This document shows, one piece after another, positions 11,365 through 24,095 of a DNA stretch of 47,661 nucleotides; positions within the stretch are counted from its first letter, which is position 1, and each line of letters starts with the position of its first letter. A program made the translations under genes and the position numbers. This DNA is from Mesotaenium endlicherianum (Eukaryota). The notes beneath the pieces are model-generated. The model was not told the DNA's origin. It made no database searches and worked only from the letters and a program-made list of their open reading frames with translations. The stretch is from contig WELA01002985.1 of the NCBI GenBank assembly GCA_009602735.1, forward strand, positions 230,364 to 278,024, given 5' to 3'.

Positions 11365-11867
11365 TGTAGTGAAACAGATAGATAAAGTACTTAGTAAAAC
11401 AGAATACTTTATCTATTCAAGACAAGGATCTTTGAACACAAGTGGTAGCTTCTTGAAAGAGAGATGGCTTCTTGAAAGTTAATATATTTCTGGATTTTGG
11501 CAAGTACAAGAGTGATTCTGGAATGTCTTTCTATGTTCTAGCTCTTGTTTATATACTTGCTACATAAGTAATTTCTAGGAAGGTGTATGTTGATGTGTTG
11601 GCACCCAACACATCCCAAAACTTGCCACCTCTTTCTAGAATAATGTACACATGTCCTTTTGACCTAAAAATGGCACATCTGACTTTTGCCACATGGAGTT
11701 CTTCTAGGTCTTTCCTCTAACTTCGAAAATGCCTTGGAAGGTTCAAAGGACATGAACCAAGTTACTAGAGTACCTATTCACACTTGACTCCACACAATAC
11801 TACTCCAAATATATTTGAAAACATTAAAATATATGCGAACTAATATATAATAACTCAAATCACTACA
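11365..11867 (-). repeat. 5' LTR (503 bp)
   Basis: Direct repeat of 5188-5690; contains TATATAAA on the minus strand (11548-11555). Confidence 0.97.
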
Positions 11868-13151
11868 TCTTCTCTTGGGCTGTCACAAGTGGTTGCATAA
11901 GTTGTTGTACAAAATGGAGGGTGTGAAAATATTGTCAAAATACACATTTGTGTGAGAATATTGAATGCCAAGTCTCCTTTGTTCTCCCTCGAAGGATACG
12001 CAGACGGCCTTAACAATGTTCATGTCAGGCGTTGGACATAAATAATGTATCAACAAGACATTATGAACCTGTCCAAGCAATCTCATTACTCAAGACAACC
12101 TCCAATATTTGAATGTACTTGTGAGATTTACACAAGAACTCTCAGTAATTCCGCAAGTGGCGAAATGGCAAAAGTTGTTTGACATCTTGAAAGCTATGAT
12201 TTGAGCCCATGTCGACCTAGGTGGAAGACCTTGTAGACCCGCTCTAGGTTTCCCATAAATCAGCCCAGCTAACTTTGGCGCAGAAAATGCTGTAAATAAA
12301 TGGGCAAAGTCCTCTAAGTTGACTATATTTCGTCACTTGTAAGAATGTAATGCATGCGACACCCTTTTTGATGTCTGGAACTTGTTGACACGCTTGTACA
12401 TCCCTCTTTGTATTTTTTGTATATTCACTCAAAGACGTCACTTTTGTTAACTATTTCTCGAGCATGCCGAAATTGGCAAAAAACGTGACGGAAATCGTTT
12501 AATAGCACCTAGATTTTGTATTGGCGTGACGTGAGTTCCACCAATTCTCAAGAAGCAGTTGAGTCGAAGAACTTCTTAAAAGTTGCGCATAAGGGTTGAA
12601 GTGCCTTGCAAGTTAATCATTCCTAAACCATAGAACTTCACCTCACAAGAAAGGCTGCTCGAATGTTGAACAACAATTAGAAGGTACTTATGGAGGAGAT
12701 CAAGCAATCTAATTGAGACATTCTTAAGGCTTGGAGTGGAATAAGGTCCTTGGAATACAAAGTCTTTTGTAAACTTATAATTTATTATTTGCATGGACTT
12801 GCATCATTCTTGCAGTGACATTTTTAAGCGACCCACTGATTTGCTCGATTGCTTGATGAGAACACAAGTTCATATCATGCCTCAAAGTATTTTTGACCTA
12901 ATTGAAGTAGTGTTACGGCAGGGTAGCAATTGCAAGTCAAAATATGGGTGCAAAAACACGAGTCAAGAATGCTAATTGCCATGGATATCGTTAGAATTAC
13001 GTTGAAGCGGGTCAAAACAAAAATCTAAAAACACCTTATAGAGTGCATATAATACACTTGTTATGTAGAAAGGGGCAATTAAGAAGAGTAGCATAATGCA
13101 TGATTGCTCACTGATGGTTGCAAATTACATATGCATGTCTTTACCCTTAGC

Positions 13152-13195
13152 TTTCTGCCCCTTACTTTTCATATTTCTGCCCCTTACTTTTCATA
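13152..13195. repeat. 2 x 22-bp direct tandem repeat
   Basis: TTTCTGCCCCTTACTTTTCATA occurs twice. Confidence 0.8.
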
Positions 13196-13841
13196 TATAT
13201 CTTGGGTTGAAGCTTGTGTGATATAGGGCTCGTGCACATACCTGCACATATGATCATGGAGCGTAAAGGACCACTAGAAAAGCACGTTGTTGAATTGTGA
13301 TTTTTAAGTACTTGCTAACGAGTTAGTGAATTCTACATGCATGGGCGACTTCGTCATGATACAAATTTATCACCAATTCCCAAGAATTTATTTTGTGAGA
13401 GGAGTTCGAGGAACATGGAAGATGTCGCCAAAAAGAGTTGCTAAAGTTGAACCTGAGATAAATCGGTCCGGCACAAGGATATATTGGCGATTAATCGGAC
13501 TGTAATTTGTCACTGCCAGTCACCACCAGTCACAAACTCACCACCAGTCACGTGTCACGACTCACACCTCATTACAATTAATCAGTCACGAAAGTCAATG
13601 CATCTTGGACTCTTCTGAGCTAACTGCGTGCAACCGACATTCTGTTGCATGACTTTTTATTGATGGTGATATTTGCGTCTATACCTGGGCTAGGCATGAC
13701 CGGGCAGGGCTAGTCTTCACAAACGACGCAAGCATCATTGAGGGCCGGCAGAAAGCGGCAATGCGTGAGAATATTTTGCAAGACCCTGTGCGGCAAGACT
13801 CGCTTCCTGCCTGCTCCAGATCTGTTCCAAACGAATTGAAC

Positions 13842-13849
13842 TATAAATA
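13842..13849 (+). promoter_or_regulatory. Candidate TATA box of the secreted-protein gene
   Basis: TATAAATA about 215 bp upstream of ATG 14061. Confidence 0.5.
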
Positions 13850-14060
13850 CCCGGGCCAGGTACGACCATAATGTACCAATTCACAAGTCCCAGGCTTCAC
13901 TTTCTTCGGCCCTGGCAATCGCTTTTACCAGACGACACTAAACGAGCTAATCTTCATTCGCGTGGACTCATTCACGTCACAGTTCAGCTCCATACAGAAG
14001 GTCATCTGAAAATAATTAAGTTGAAGTCTGCGCGAACTATAGCTTAGAAAGAAGCTAGAC

Positions 14061-15816
14061 ATGAGTCGAAGGAAGACTTCGGCGTCGATGATGGTTTTTG
14101 GTGTGCTCTGCTTCATTGCGATGACCGCCTCGTGCGGAAGAGCATCCGATGGAGCTATCGGATCCTCACTAGGTGTGTTTTACGCGTTAATTTGAGCATT
14201 ATATGCAGATGACCAAAGTGCACTGACGATGATGTCCGACTTTCTACGTTCAACGGTTTAGCGAACATTGGTTATGAGGCCTCCGTACCCTGTCTCACTA
14301 GCCGGAGGTTCAATTGCAGGGAAAGGAGCCCAGCAAGCAGCTGAAACCTTGGTTGGAAGGCGCATCCCAGGCGTCCTAACGGGCGAAGACATCCTTCGCA
14401 ATGCTATCTCCCTTGCAAACGTGAGTCCGTTCAAGCACGAGTACTCGTTTGTATGTATGCCAATCAGTTATGTATGTCGTGCAAGGCTATCTCGGGCTGG
14501 CAATCACATACTCGTTGACTTCAATTGGTTTGCATTAAGAGTGCCTGACATATACAAGTTGCTGCCACACATTTTTTGCACGTCAATATTGATGGCATGA
14601 ACTCAATTCCTACTCTTGGTGGCATCCTTGATTTGTCACTCCAGGCTCTAAGAGATTCGTCCGCAAGTGCAAGCATCACGCCAACGCCCACCTACTCTCT
14701 CATTCTCAAGAAAGACGTCAAGTTGACCAAGTAAGGGTTCAGCGTGGTCGATCACGTACAACTCTGTAGAAACAGATAACATGAAATGACTAAACTTTTT
14801 AAAAAAAAACAATGTCTCTTACTATTGGTGCATGCTTGCATGTGGTAGCCAGCAGAAAAATAAGCATTAATCCACACAATTCATAACTTCTTAACAGCTG
14901 AATAGGTTTCTACAGTTCTATACATGGCTCACCAATTCTTGCTACGGTCATTCGCGTGGCCTTCTATGAATGTGTTACGCAGGAAGCTGCCAACTCTGCT
15001 GCGTAACGCAGTGCTGGAGGTGACTGGTGCTTGTACGGATACCGCAGGGTTGCCCAGAAAGTAATTTTTTCTTCTCACCCGTACTCAATCAATACCCAAC
15101 TTCATTTGGGCTATAGCAGCTCCCCCCCACCCTTCCTTTCATCCCCCTCCCCCNNNNNNNNNNNNNNNNNNNNNNNNNNNNNNNNNNNNNNNNNNNNNNN
15201 NNNNNNNNNNNNNNNNNNNNNNNNNNNNNNNNNNNNNNNNNNNNNNNNNNNNNNNNNNNNNNNNNNNNNNNNNNNNNNNNNNNNNNNNNNNNNNNNNNNN
15301 NNNNNNNNNNNNNNNNNNNNNNNNNNNNNNNNNNNNNNNNNNNNNNNNNNNNNNNNNNNNNNNNNNNNNNNNNNNNNNNNNNNNNNNNNNNNNNNNNNNN
15401 NNNNNNNNNNNNNNNNNNNNNNNNNNNNNNNNNNNNNNNNNNNNNNNNNNNNNNNNNNNNNNNNNNNNNNNNNNNNNNNNNNNNNNNNNNNNNNNNNNNN
15501 NNNNNNNNNNNNNNNNNNNNNNNNNNNNNNNNNNNNNNNNNNNNNNNNNNNNNNNNNNNNNNNNNNNNNNNNNNNNNNNNNNNNNNNNNNNNNNNNNNNN
15601 NNNNNNNNNNNNNNNNNNNNNNNNNNNNNNNNNNNNNNNNNNNNNNNNNNNNNNNNNNNNNNNNNNNNNNNNNNNNNNNNNNNNNNNNNNNNNNNNNNNN
15701 NNNNNNNNNNNNNNNNNNNNNNNNNNNNNNNNNNNNNNNNNNNNNNNNNNNNNNNNNNNNNNNNNNNNNNNNNNNNNNNNNNNNNNNNNNNNNNNNNNNN
15801 NNNNNNNNNNNNNNNN

Positions 15817-15910
<94 letters not shown>

Positions 15911-18900
15911 CGCACGCGCTCGAGATTATTCATCCTTTGTGCTCGTCATAGTCCGTCAATTTCGTGAGTTCTGGAGCAGTTACCGCAATCATCACTTCTC
16001 CAGGAATACCACTGCACTCAGATGCACTCCCTAGCCCCGGGTTGAACAGCATATCTGCATGCTTCACTACTCACTCTCGACTGCGCACTGGAGAGAGTAC
16101 TTCAAGAACATGTCATTACTCGTGAAAGTGTTGGGCCTCACGCTTGACGCTTGTGCCACGTACTCGTGCGCAGGTGTGTCATCGACGGGCAGTCTACCTA
16201 CCCCGTCTTTGTGATCGAGAACAACTACCCTGCCGGGCTGCACCTGACCAACCTGAGGTTCCAGTATGTGAACGGGGGCGTGGTCAGCGGGTACGCTCTC
16301 CTCTATGCGCGCTCCTCCGACTTCTACAACAACTACAACTACGCGGCTCCCGGTGCTGTCTTCAGGTACTGCACTCAACAGAGCACTTGAGGGGGCAGCT
16401 CATGTCACCTTCATGCATGGCCTAACTGCATGCTCAATCTTCCCCTGAACAAGCAGCGACTGAACGTTTTTTTCATACAGCAAGCTTTTCTGTAGTATCG
16501 CGCCCGACTTCATAATCTCCTGAAGACTTTGCACTGAGCCCGACGCGCTCCACAGTCTGCCTGTGCGCTAGCACTGCAAGCCACAAGCGTTATAATTGGT
16601 CCTTTGTTTTAGCCAGGGTCTTGGATGAGTGCACTTCCTTGAGCTACCGCTGTGTGCTACGTGTTGGCATCGTGGTCCTTCCCACCTTGTAGATTGCTTA
16701 GTGTAAGTTATAACAGCTCTTGCTGAAATCTGACAATTGGACAGATGGCGCCCACACATTTGTGCCGCTTCTTCTTTCACACAGATTGCATGCAGCATTG
16801 CTATAACTATCTTCAAGTCAATCACCATGCCGCTTCTAACATGTCGTTTGTTGACATAACACACTCCTCGCCCCAGTCAGGCACCACGGCCCCCACTGAA
16901 TCCGTCATTTATTGACCTCACCCTTCCTGCCCCGTTTCATCTGCCCGCAGCCTCATCAAGGGCACAGTGTCAGTCTTCCCCGGCATCCGCTACCCGCTGC
17001 ACGTCACCGGCTGCAAATTTGTGGACAACATTGCGCGGGGCAGCGGGGGCGCCATCCACGTCTCCGGTGATAACTCCGCCCAGACGTACGTGCACATCAC
17101 CAAGTCGTCCTTCAGGAACAACGTCGCCCAGAGGGGCAGTGGCGGCGCCGTCGACGCGGGCGGGCGCGGCTTCTACTGCAACCAGTGCACCTTCTCGGGA
17201 AACTATGCGAGTACGCATTCCGCCTCCTTCATTGATTGCATTTGACAATGTAACCGGGCGTCTATGTTTGTGAGTGGCCGTGGCAGGGTCTCGACATAGT
17301 CTACACGTAAAGCTTGGGGCGTTTTCGCTAAAGCAGCAAGGAAGTGACCTTTAAGGCCAGGAGGCAAGCTTGAGACGGCTGCTAAGTTCTTAGCCTGCAA
17401 TCATGATCCTTGCACTGTGTTGCTACTCTACACTTGTGATTCTTAGTCTCTTCATGCCACTCAATCGCTCCTGCTGTCCTCCGCCTCCAGCTCAATTCCG
17501 CACACTAAGTGCACATGCGCCGTCTCGAGGGTTTGCTATATAATGAAACTTACTCAAGACACTTCATGCCGTGTGCTGACCTCCAACACACTCTCATTTC
17601 CAACAACTCCAGCATCTACAGTTGGCACGTGTCACTAAAGCAACCTCTGAGGAACTGGGAACTGGATGTACGCAAATGCGCGCAGAGACCGGCGGGGGCG
17701 CGGTAAGCTACACCGGCTTCAACAACCTCACAGTGATCAACTCCGCGTTCCTCAACAACACCTCCTTTGAGGACAAGGGCGGCGCTGTCCGGCTGGCCGT
17801 CACCGGCGCCACCGACAAGACCAAGTCGCTCTTCTGCAGCACCACGTGGGTCAAAAACCACGTCGCCTCCGCGCCCAAGATGTCCGCCGACCTCTTCCTG
17901 ACCAAGGGCAAGCCAGCTGTTGCGTGGACTTTTACTACCGCAAGGGTTGACTTCTGCGGGTTCTCCAAGCCCCCGTCCACGCGGCTTCTTAAAAGCACCG
18001 GCGGGGAGAACGTGTACTACCTGGGGAACAGCTGCGTGTAAGCTTCGGTTCTCAAATCTGGCACATTTTCAGATGCTTTTCTTTTCTGAGTGTTCTCTGT
18101 TGTGCGAGCTTCATGTTCTTCCTTCCAACGTTCTTCTGAGAGTTCCTCCCAAGCTCTCATCATAAGGATATTGAATGCAGGTTGAGCTTGAATTATAATA
18201 GTCTATCTGGGCAATCCTCAGGCTCTAGAGTCTGAACGTGCTTGTGCGCTCGTGTGTGCATGTGTGTGTGTGTGTGTCTTTCTGTCTGCCTGTGTGTGAA
18301 AAATAGGGGATGCAAGGGCTGCCCTCAAGAGTGCAACGGCAAAGGCACGTGCACCCTGGATGCGGACCTCATCCCGTCGTGCGCCTGCAACTTCAACGGC
18401 GACCCTGCCACCTACTGCGCCGACTGCAAGGCGGGCTCGCTGGCGTCCAAGAAGTGCGAGGGCTGCGAGCCCGGCTACCTGCCCCAGGCCCTGGCTGGTG
18501 GATGCAAGCCCTGCGCCGGCCTCGCACCAGTGAGTTCAGCTTTCAGCATTCGTGCACTTGCAGCACCAACTCTTTTTTTTGCAAGTTATCGGACTTCCAC
18601 TGTGGCCTATACGCATGCGCCGTGAAGACATCTAACTGCCTATCACATCAACAGGCCTGTTGACACAAGCTTTGTGGCATTGTGATAGAAAGTGCCATGT
18701 CATTGGTCCACAATATTGCCGTTTTTTTTTACTGTGGACTAGCTGCATAAAAGCTGTGGGCGGAGGAGGATTGAAGACCACGCAGCGTTCATGCAGACAC
18801 CCTGCACAGGTGAAGGCAGGCTGCAGGCCCGGCTTCTAACTGCCAGTGTGCCCCCCCACTTGTTGCCGTTTGGAGTGCAGATGATAGCGGACCCCTACCT

Positions 18901-19673
18901 CTCGTTCAACATCCCCACGACATGGGCCCACTACACGACCGCCCAGTCAGCAGCTGACTGCCGCAACAAGTGCACCGCTTTCCATCGCCCGACCACCTCC
19001 ACCGCCAACTACTGCAACTTCTGGGCCTACTTCGGCGGGTACGCATCAGCACACCTGAGCTCACCCTTCACACGCAAAATTTGCTCATAGCTTCTATATT
19101 TTCTAACTTGCAAATTCTCCTAGTTGCATGGCTGCTGGGCCTCACCCAGCTGCCGCTTGTGCCCCCCCTGGATTTGCGTGAGATCTGGACTAAAACTTGG
19201 AAGTGTTGTTCTCACCAAGCTCTCCGTGCCGAGCGTAGAAATCAAGTCTCAAACTGAAGTGCAGTTCCTTGCTCAAGATTGTCAAACGTTTACATTGCTG
19301 TCATCTTTCGATGTCCCTCGCGATGGTAATGCTGCTGAGTACAGAATCACTTTGCACCGTAGCAAATACCAAAATATAAGAACACCGCTTCGCATATGTA
19401 CGAGACAGAGGGCTTTTGTGTCCATGTCTCTCTGACAGGACTTTCTTGTCAACGCAAAACCTTCAGTACAAGCAGACTAATGCTGCCTCTTGGGTTGAAC
19501 TCGTTATATGTCCATCCTCCAACTCTCACAGTGGCGCAGAAGCCGGATGCCCCAAATCGTGCCTGCTGGCGTACAACACCAACACGTGCTTCAACCAGAC
19601 AATGAACCACAACCTTGACACCGACCTCTTCTTCCAGTATAACGAGCCCGGCGCCGAGTGCCCCATCCTCTGA
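14061..19673 (+). CDS. Secreted protein (~567 aa): signal peptide + pectin-lyase-like/Pmp-type beta-helix repeats + EGF/laminin-like Cys-rich region + PAN/Apple-like domain
   Basis: Ten GT-AG exons with compatible phases: 14061-14172, 14320-14420, 14645-14730, 14983-15060, 16174-16365, 16951-17210, 17686-18037, 18307-18529, 18881-19038 and 19532-19673 (1704 nt). It has a hydrophobic N-terminus MMVFGVLCFIAMTASCG; repeats FVDN..GSGGAI, FRNN..GSGGAV, FSGN..TGGGAV and FLNN..KGGAV; CNGKGTC..CAC; and SAADCRNKC..CNFWAY..C. An extra exon inside gap 15154-15816 cannot be excluded. Confidence 0.85.
15817..15912. repeat. (CT)n microsatellite followed by (CG)n, intronic, next to an assembly gap
   Basis: Directly visible. 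Confidence 0.95.
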
Positions 19674-21919
19674 TGAGAGCGCGCGTAGCCAAGAGAGCAT
19701 GACGACTTGAGGGAAGAGCCGGCCGTGGCTGCTTGTTGGACACATGCTTGTTGGACAAGCGCCAGATCCAAGAACAGTATTAGGTTCATAGCATTTGATT
19801 CTCTGAGCTTCCTCGTTGATCTGCTGTTGGGGGCCGGGGTAGGGAAGCTTATGCTTATTGTAGACTATTTTCTTATTCATTATTTGTTTGGTTTGTTAGC
19901 ATGAAACACCACATGTTAGCTACTGATTCCTGCCATTGGCTCCGCCAAATTACTGGTGGGGCAGATGTTTCACACGTCATTACAACGTCGCTAGCTCCAC
20001 TGACTCTTGAAATCTTGTTCACTTTGTCACCAGGTTGGAATTCAGTGGTTGCTAGCTCTATAAACTCCATTCTTTATTTCTAGATTCATTCTATTGAAAG
20101 TCATGTTTTGGCTGAAGCCCCTCACGAGGCGGCAACTCTTCTGCCATTTACGAGAGCCTGTAACGTAATACAAATTTGTTCTTGTTTTCAACAATATTGT
20201 CCCCCACTCCCTTATTATGCCCTCTTGAACAATGATTTGCCCAACATTCTGCTGTGCTAAGCTGCTAGAAAACATAACTGCTTAACAATCCACTGATTAA
20301 GCACTAGCTGCCAGGGCATCTGCTTTACCTTCTGGCTTAATCTCATGAGATATTGCAGAACGTAAGTAGGAGGTGCTCGCACTTAGAAGCAGGAAAATAA
20401 TATGCTGCGGCAAGTTACCGGTCTCATGGCACTGCCACGTGGCATAAACAAAATTATCCCATATTGTCTTTTATTCACAATCGGTGTTGAGAGGCGCAGG
20501 ACCAAGCCTGCCGCTGTTTCTCATGAAGCTCCCTGCTGCCTCACTCTATGGCAGAGGCAACTTGCTATGCACCGCCCAACTCCAACCAGCCTCTTTTTAC
20601 TGCCCGCAACAATGCGTGAAAGTTGATTGTGTTATTTAACAGCTGCCCCGCAAGTCCTCTTCACTCAGAGAGTGCTGGCCTTAGGTGCCTGGGCCGCGAG
20701 GTAGCTTGTATCCCAGGAGGCACTTTAGTGGCAGCTTATAGCAAGCAGCAATGGGAGGCAAGCCCACCCACCCACACAGCAAGTTAATGGAGCGACAAGT
20801 TGCTGCACGTGTGATTATAAACACAACATATCGAGGGCGAGTGTTTAGGGCTTTACAGTAAAAGAGATGTTTACAAAGATAGCTGTCCTAGAAAAATTTC
20901 CCTTGTTTGTTGACCTCCGAAAAGTGGATAGTGCCTTCTCTTTGAATATACTCCCTCCCATCCACAGAAACCAGCATTAATACATGCACTCACAAATATC
21001 CCTCCAATCCCTCCAGACACCACGACCAATATTGCGCCATGTTGCAAACTGTTTATTAAAAAAATGAATGCCCGTGATTATACTAAAATTATAAAGAAGT
21101 TCTATACATATAGAAGTGCATTATATGAGCAACGATTAAGAGTACAGACCCCAATAGTTTCCCTACTGAACTCACCTAAGAGCCTTAAATGCACTTGAAA
21201 CTCAATTGAAACTCCCAAGTCGAGCCATCTAACTTTAGAAACCTCACAGACATCATCTGCAATTCGAAGTCGTAAGTTTTTGTTTCAAGGATGTTCTCCA
21301 TGATCATAAGATGTTATGCCTCTAGCAGCGACGCAAATCCACTTCAGTCAAGCTTCATGTTCGTAAATTGCCAATCATGGTAAGTTGGGAAGAGTCACAT
21401 CCTGCTGTAGTTCACATGCACGATATGAAAGCTGTAGAAATGTAACGTGTTCTAGCAGAAGGAAATAGAAAAAAGTGGTATGCGCATTTGAAGTTGTCTG
21501 TGCTGGTCGTCTTTTATCAGAAAGAAGGCACCCCCATTCCCCTCACAAACTGGAGGCCTTCCTAAACACCTTCGATACTGACGAAAGAGTAATGCTTGAC
21601 ATGTACCTGCAAATACTGGAGAATGAAACATTACCTTGTGATGATGAGAGATGAGATCAAGTTTGCTAACATTCAGGAAGAATAGTCAAAATCTCTAAGA
21701 AAGAGTTGGATGCTTCACAGGTACACAACTTTGTTATCCATAAGATCAACAAAAGCGAGGAACTGCCCCAGTTATGTGTAAAATCAACTCAATGAGGAGA
21801 CCTATGTACAATACAAGGAAGTTATATATGCGCATTGCTAGCGACGACATTACTACCTATCTTTCAAGAAAAGAGCTCCACCCTGCAGACCCATCAAAAT
21901 CGATCTTCCAGAAATTGTT

Positions 21920-22395
21920 AAGCCTTACAAGCGAATGTCCTCGCAAAACTTGCCTCATTCACCTTTTATCCCCCGAGGAGCTGTTCCCTTGGCTGGGCTC
22001 TGGGTGCCCTTTTGGCTTTTCCCGGCCTTCCTCCGTGAAGTCGCTGCTGCCACGTGGCGCAGAGCGCACCTGAAGGTGGACCCCCCTTCGTCGCTCTTAC
22101 TCTCACTTCACACTGATCCTCCCCCCAAAGAAGTCAAATTCACCCCAAACAGGAACCTATGCTCAAGTCCTTCTTGGTGGCGCCCACTTTGACCCTCTGC
22201 AGTCCTCTGGCAGAGGTGCCAGCTGGGCTACCAACAAGCTGTGACTAGCGTCCTCAAGGTGCGTCAGATTTTACATGGGCTAGCGGAAGAAGGCAGCGAC
22301 ATTCGCCTGTGCAGCATGACAGGGTGCAGGCAGGGGATGCCCTGAGGATGCCGTTGCAGCCATAGCGGAGGGACGTCTCTTCCTGCAGCAGTGGG
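21920..22395 (-). pseudogene. Degraded VPS41 3' fragment (copy 1), with an internal deletion
   Basis: Colinear DNA similarity to 45245-45660 and 46926-46970, e.g. ETSLRYGCNGILR vs ETSLRHGCNDILK and KGHPEPSQGNSSSGDK vs KGHPGPSRENSFSRDK. Contains many stops and frameshifts. Confidence 0.85.
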
Positions 22396-24095
22396 TACCT
22401 GACGTGCACCTCTGCCTGCAACCCACAGAACACATATGACGACATATCATCACTCTAAAAATCACATATTTCATCATGATGAACAAGCAGCCGAGCCACA
22501 GGAGAGCAAGGGCACCCCCTTTTTGGAACCCTGCGATTGCAACTGACTGCCCCGCAAAAGCCACCAGCTCACTGCTGCAGCCGATGGCCATCCACATAGG
22601 ACCAGGAGAGGGGACACGGTGACAGAGCTTGCAAGAAGCTCCCCACCTAACTGGCACACGACTAGGGACATTTCAGGCTTAGATAATGCATGAATGTCTC
22701 GGCGAGCTCAGTGCCGGGGCTGCCTCTCATCCAAAGGCGTAGCAGACCATTGCAACTTGAGCATGCCACAGACAGTAAGTCACAGAAGCTGAGTGCGCGT
22801 CAGTGGACCAGCTCTTGCGCCTACCCTCGAACGAGGAGGCGCGTGGGTGCATGCACGCAGTCAGAGCTGGGCATGCAGGCCAGGCAGCACAAATCTGACC
22901 AGGTGCAGCAAACCCATCCATGCTGCCTGCCAACCTCCTGCAGGGCCCCCACCGAGCCCCCGCGTCACACGAGCACCGTGCATTGGCAGCTGGCAGTCGA
23001 AAAGAGCCAGAAAAGCAATGAACTGCGAGAGGAGGCCAGAGGGCCCGCGTGCATCTGCTTCTCCATCTGTAGAAGAGAGCCAGCTGTAGCGTACAGGTAG
23101 AGCAATGAGCAAACAGTTTGAGTTCTTAACCTGCAAAACAAGTTACAAAGCCCCACAAGCCCTTGGATGTCTCTTTGACAAACTCTTGGCTCTGAGCCCC
23201 GCTGCAGGTGAAGTAGAGTAAGAGAAAAAGTGTGGCACTCCAGGGAGTTGGGACTCCAGCATAGGTGCAGAACAAATTCCGGGCCTGCGCCGTGGGAGAG
23301 GGGCGGGAGTACCGTATCCGCATTCGGAGCTGCAGATTCAAGAGTGCGAGGGAGCCGAACGAAATCCATCGCCCGCTTCGCGTCATTCAGCGGCGTCATA
23401 GACTCCATAGCCTGCTCCCGCCCCGAACTCTGGCGAGGCTAATGTCATCATCTGTGCTGGGGGTGGCAGGGGGGCTCATCTGCAGCCAGAGGGGCAGAGG
23501 CAGAGAGCGCCCAAGCCATAGTCGCATGTGGGCTGCTTCCCCAATGCATAAGGCGGCCGTGCTTTCAAACTCAAGGCACTCCACATTGAACAGGCAGCAG
23601 AAGGGACAAGAGACGCTCCCACATCCTTCCGTGAAGCACGCCTGCAGATGCATGTACACACACACGCATACGCACACGCACACGCACACAAGCGTGCGAG
23701 CACGCACGCACACACATCCAACAGACCATTACTTGAAACAAGAACCTCACCTCAACTTCAAAGTGCACTATCGATATACCAACCTGTATGAAGTTGCTAC
23801 CAGCTTCTGCATCTCATGGCGGGTCCCAGTGCAGGCTGCCGGCAGATGATGACGATGATGCCCGGTCCACGCATGCCCAACTCCGCCTGCAGCTCCTGAT
23901 CCTTGATGGCAGCCGTGCACGCTGGCTGGGACCTGGGGCTCTGGTGGGTGCTGTGTCACCAGCCGCTTGCACGCCTGAGCGTCCCTCCTTGGCTCATTCA
24001 CGTCCGTCTTCCAACACTGCCTGCATATATTCCTCTCCTCCATTGCCTCTCTGCCAGGCATCTCATACAGATGCGCGTGCCCGGTTCTCGTTGCA

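Larger units (their letters stand above)
5188..11867 (-). mobile_element. Full-length Ty3/Gypsy chromovirus LTR retrotransposon
   Basis: Two 503-bp TG...CA LTRs, TCTTC TSD (5183-5187 and 11868-11872), PBS, PPT, and intact gag and pol (PR-RT-RH-IN-chromodomain). Confidence 0.98.

Noticed and set aside
15031..15951. Long ORFs spanning N-gaps (also 33377-34019 and 41272-42382)
   Set aside because: Artefacts of undefined bases; only the defined flanks were interpreted.
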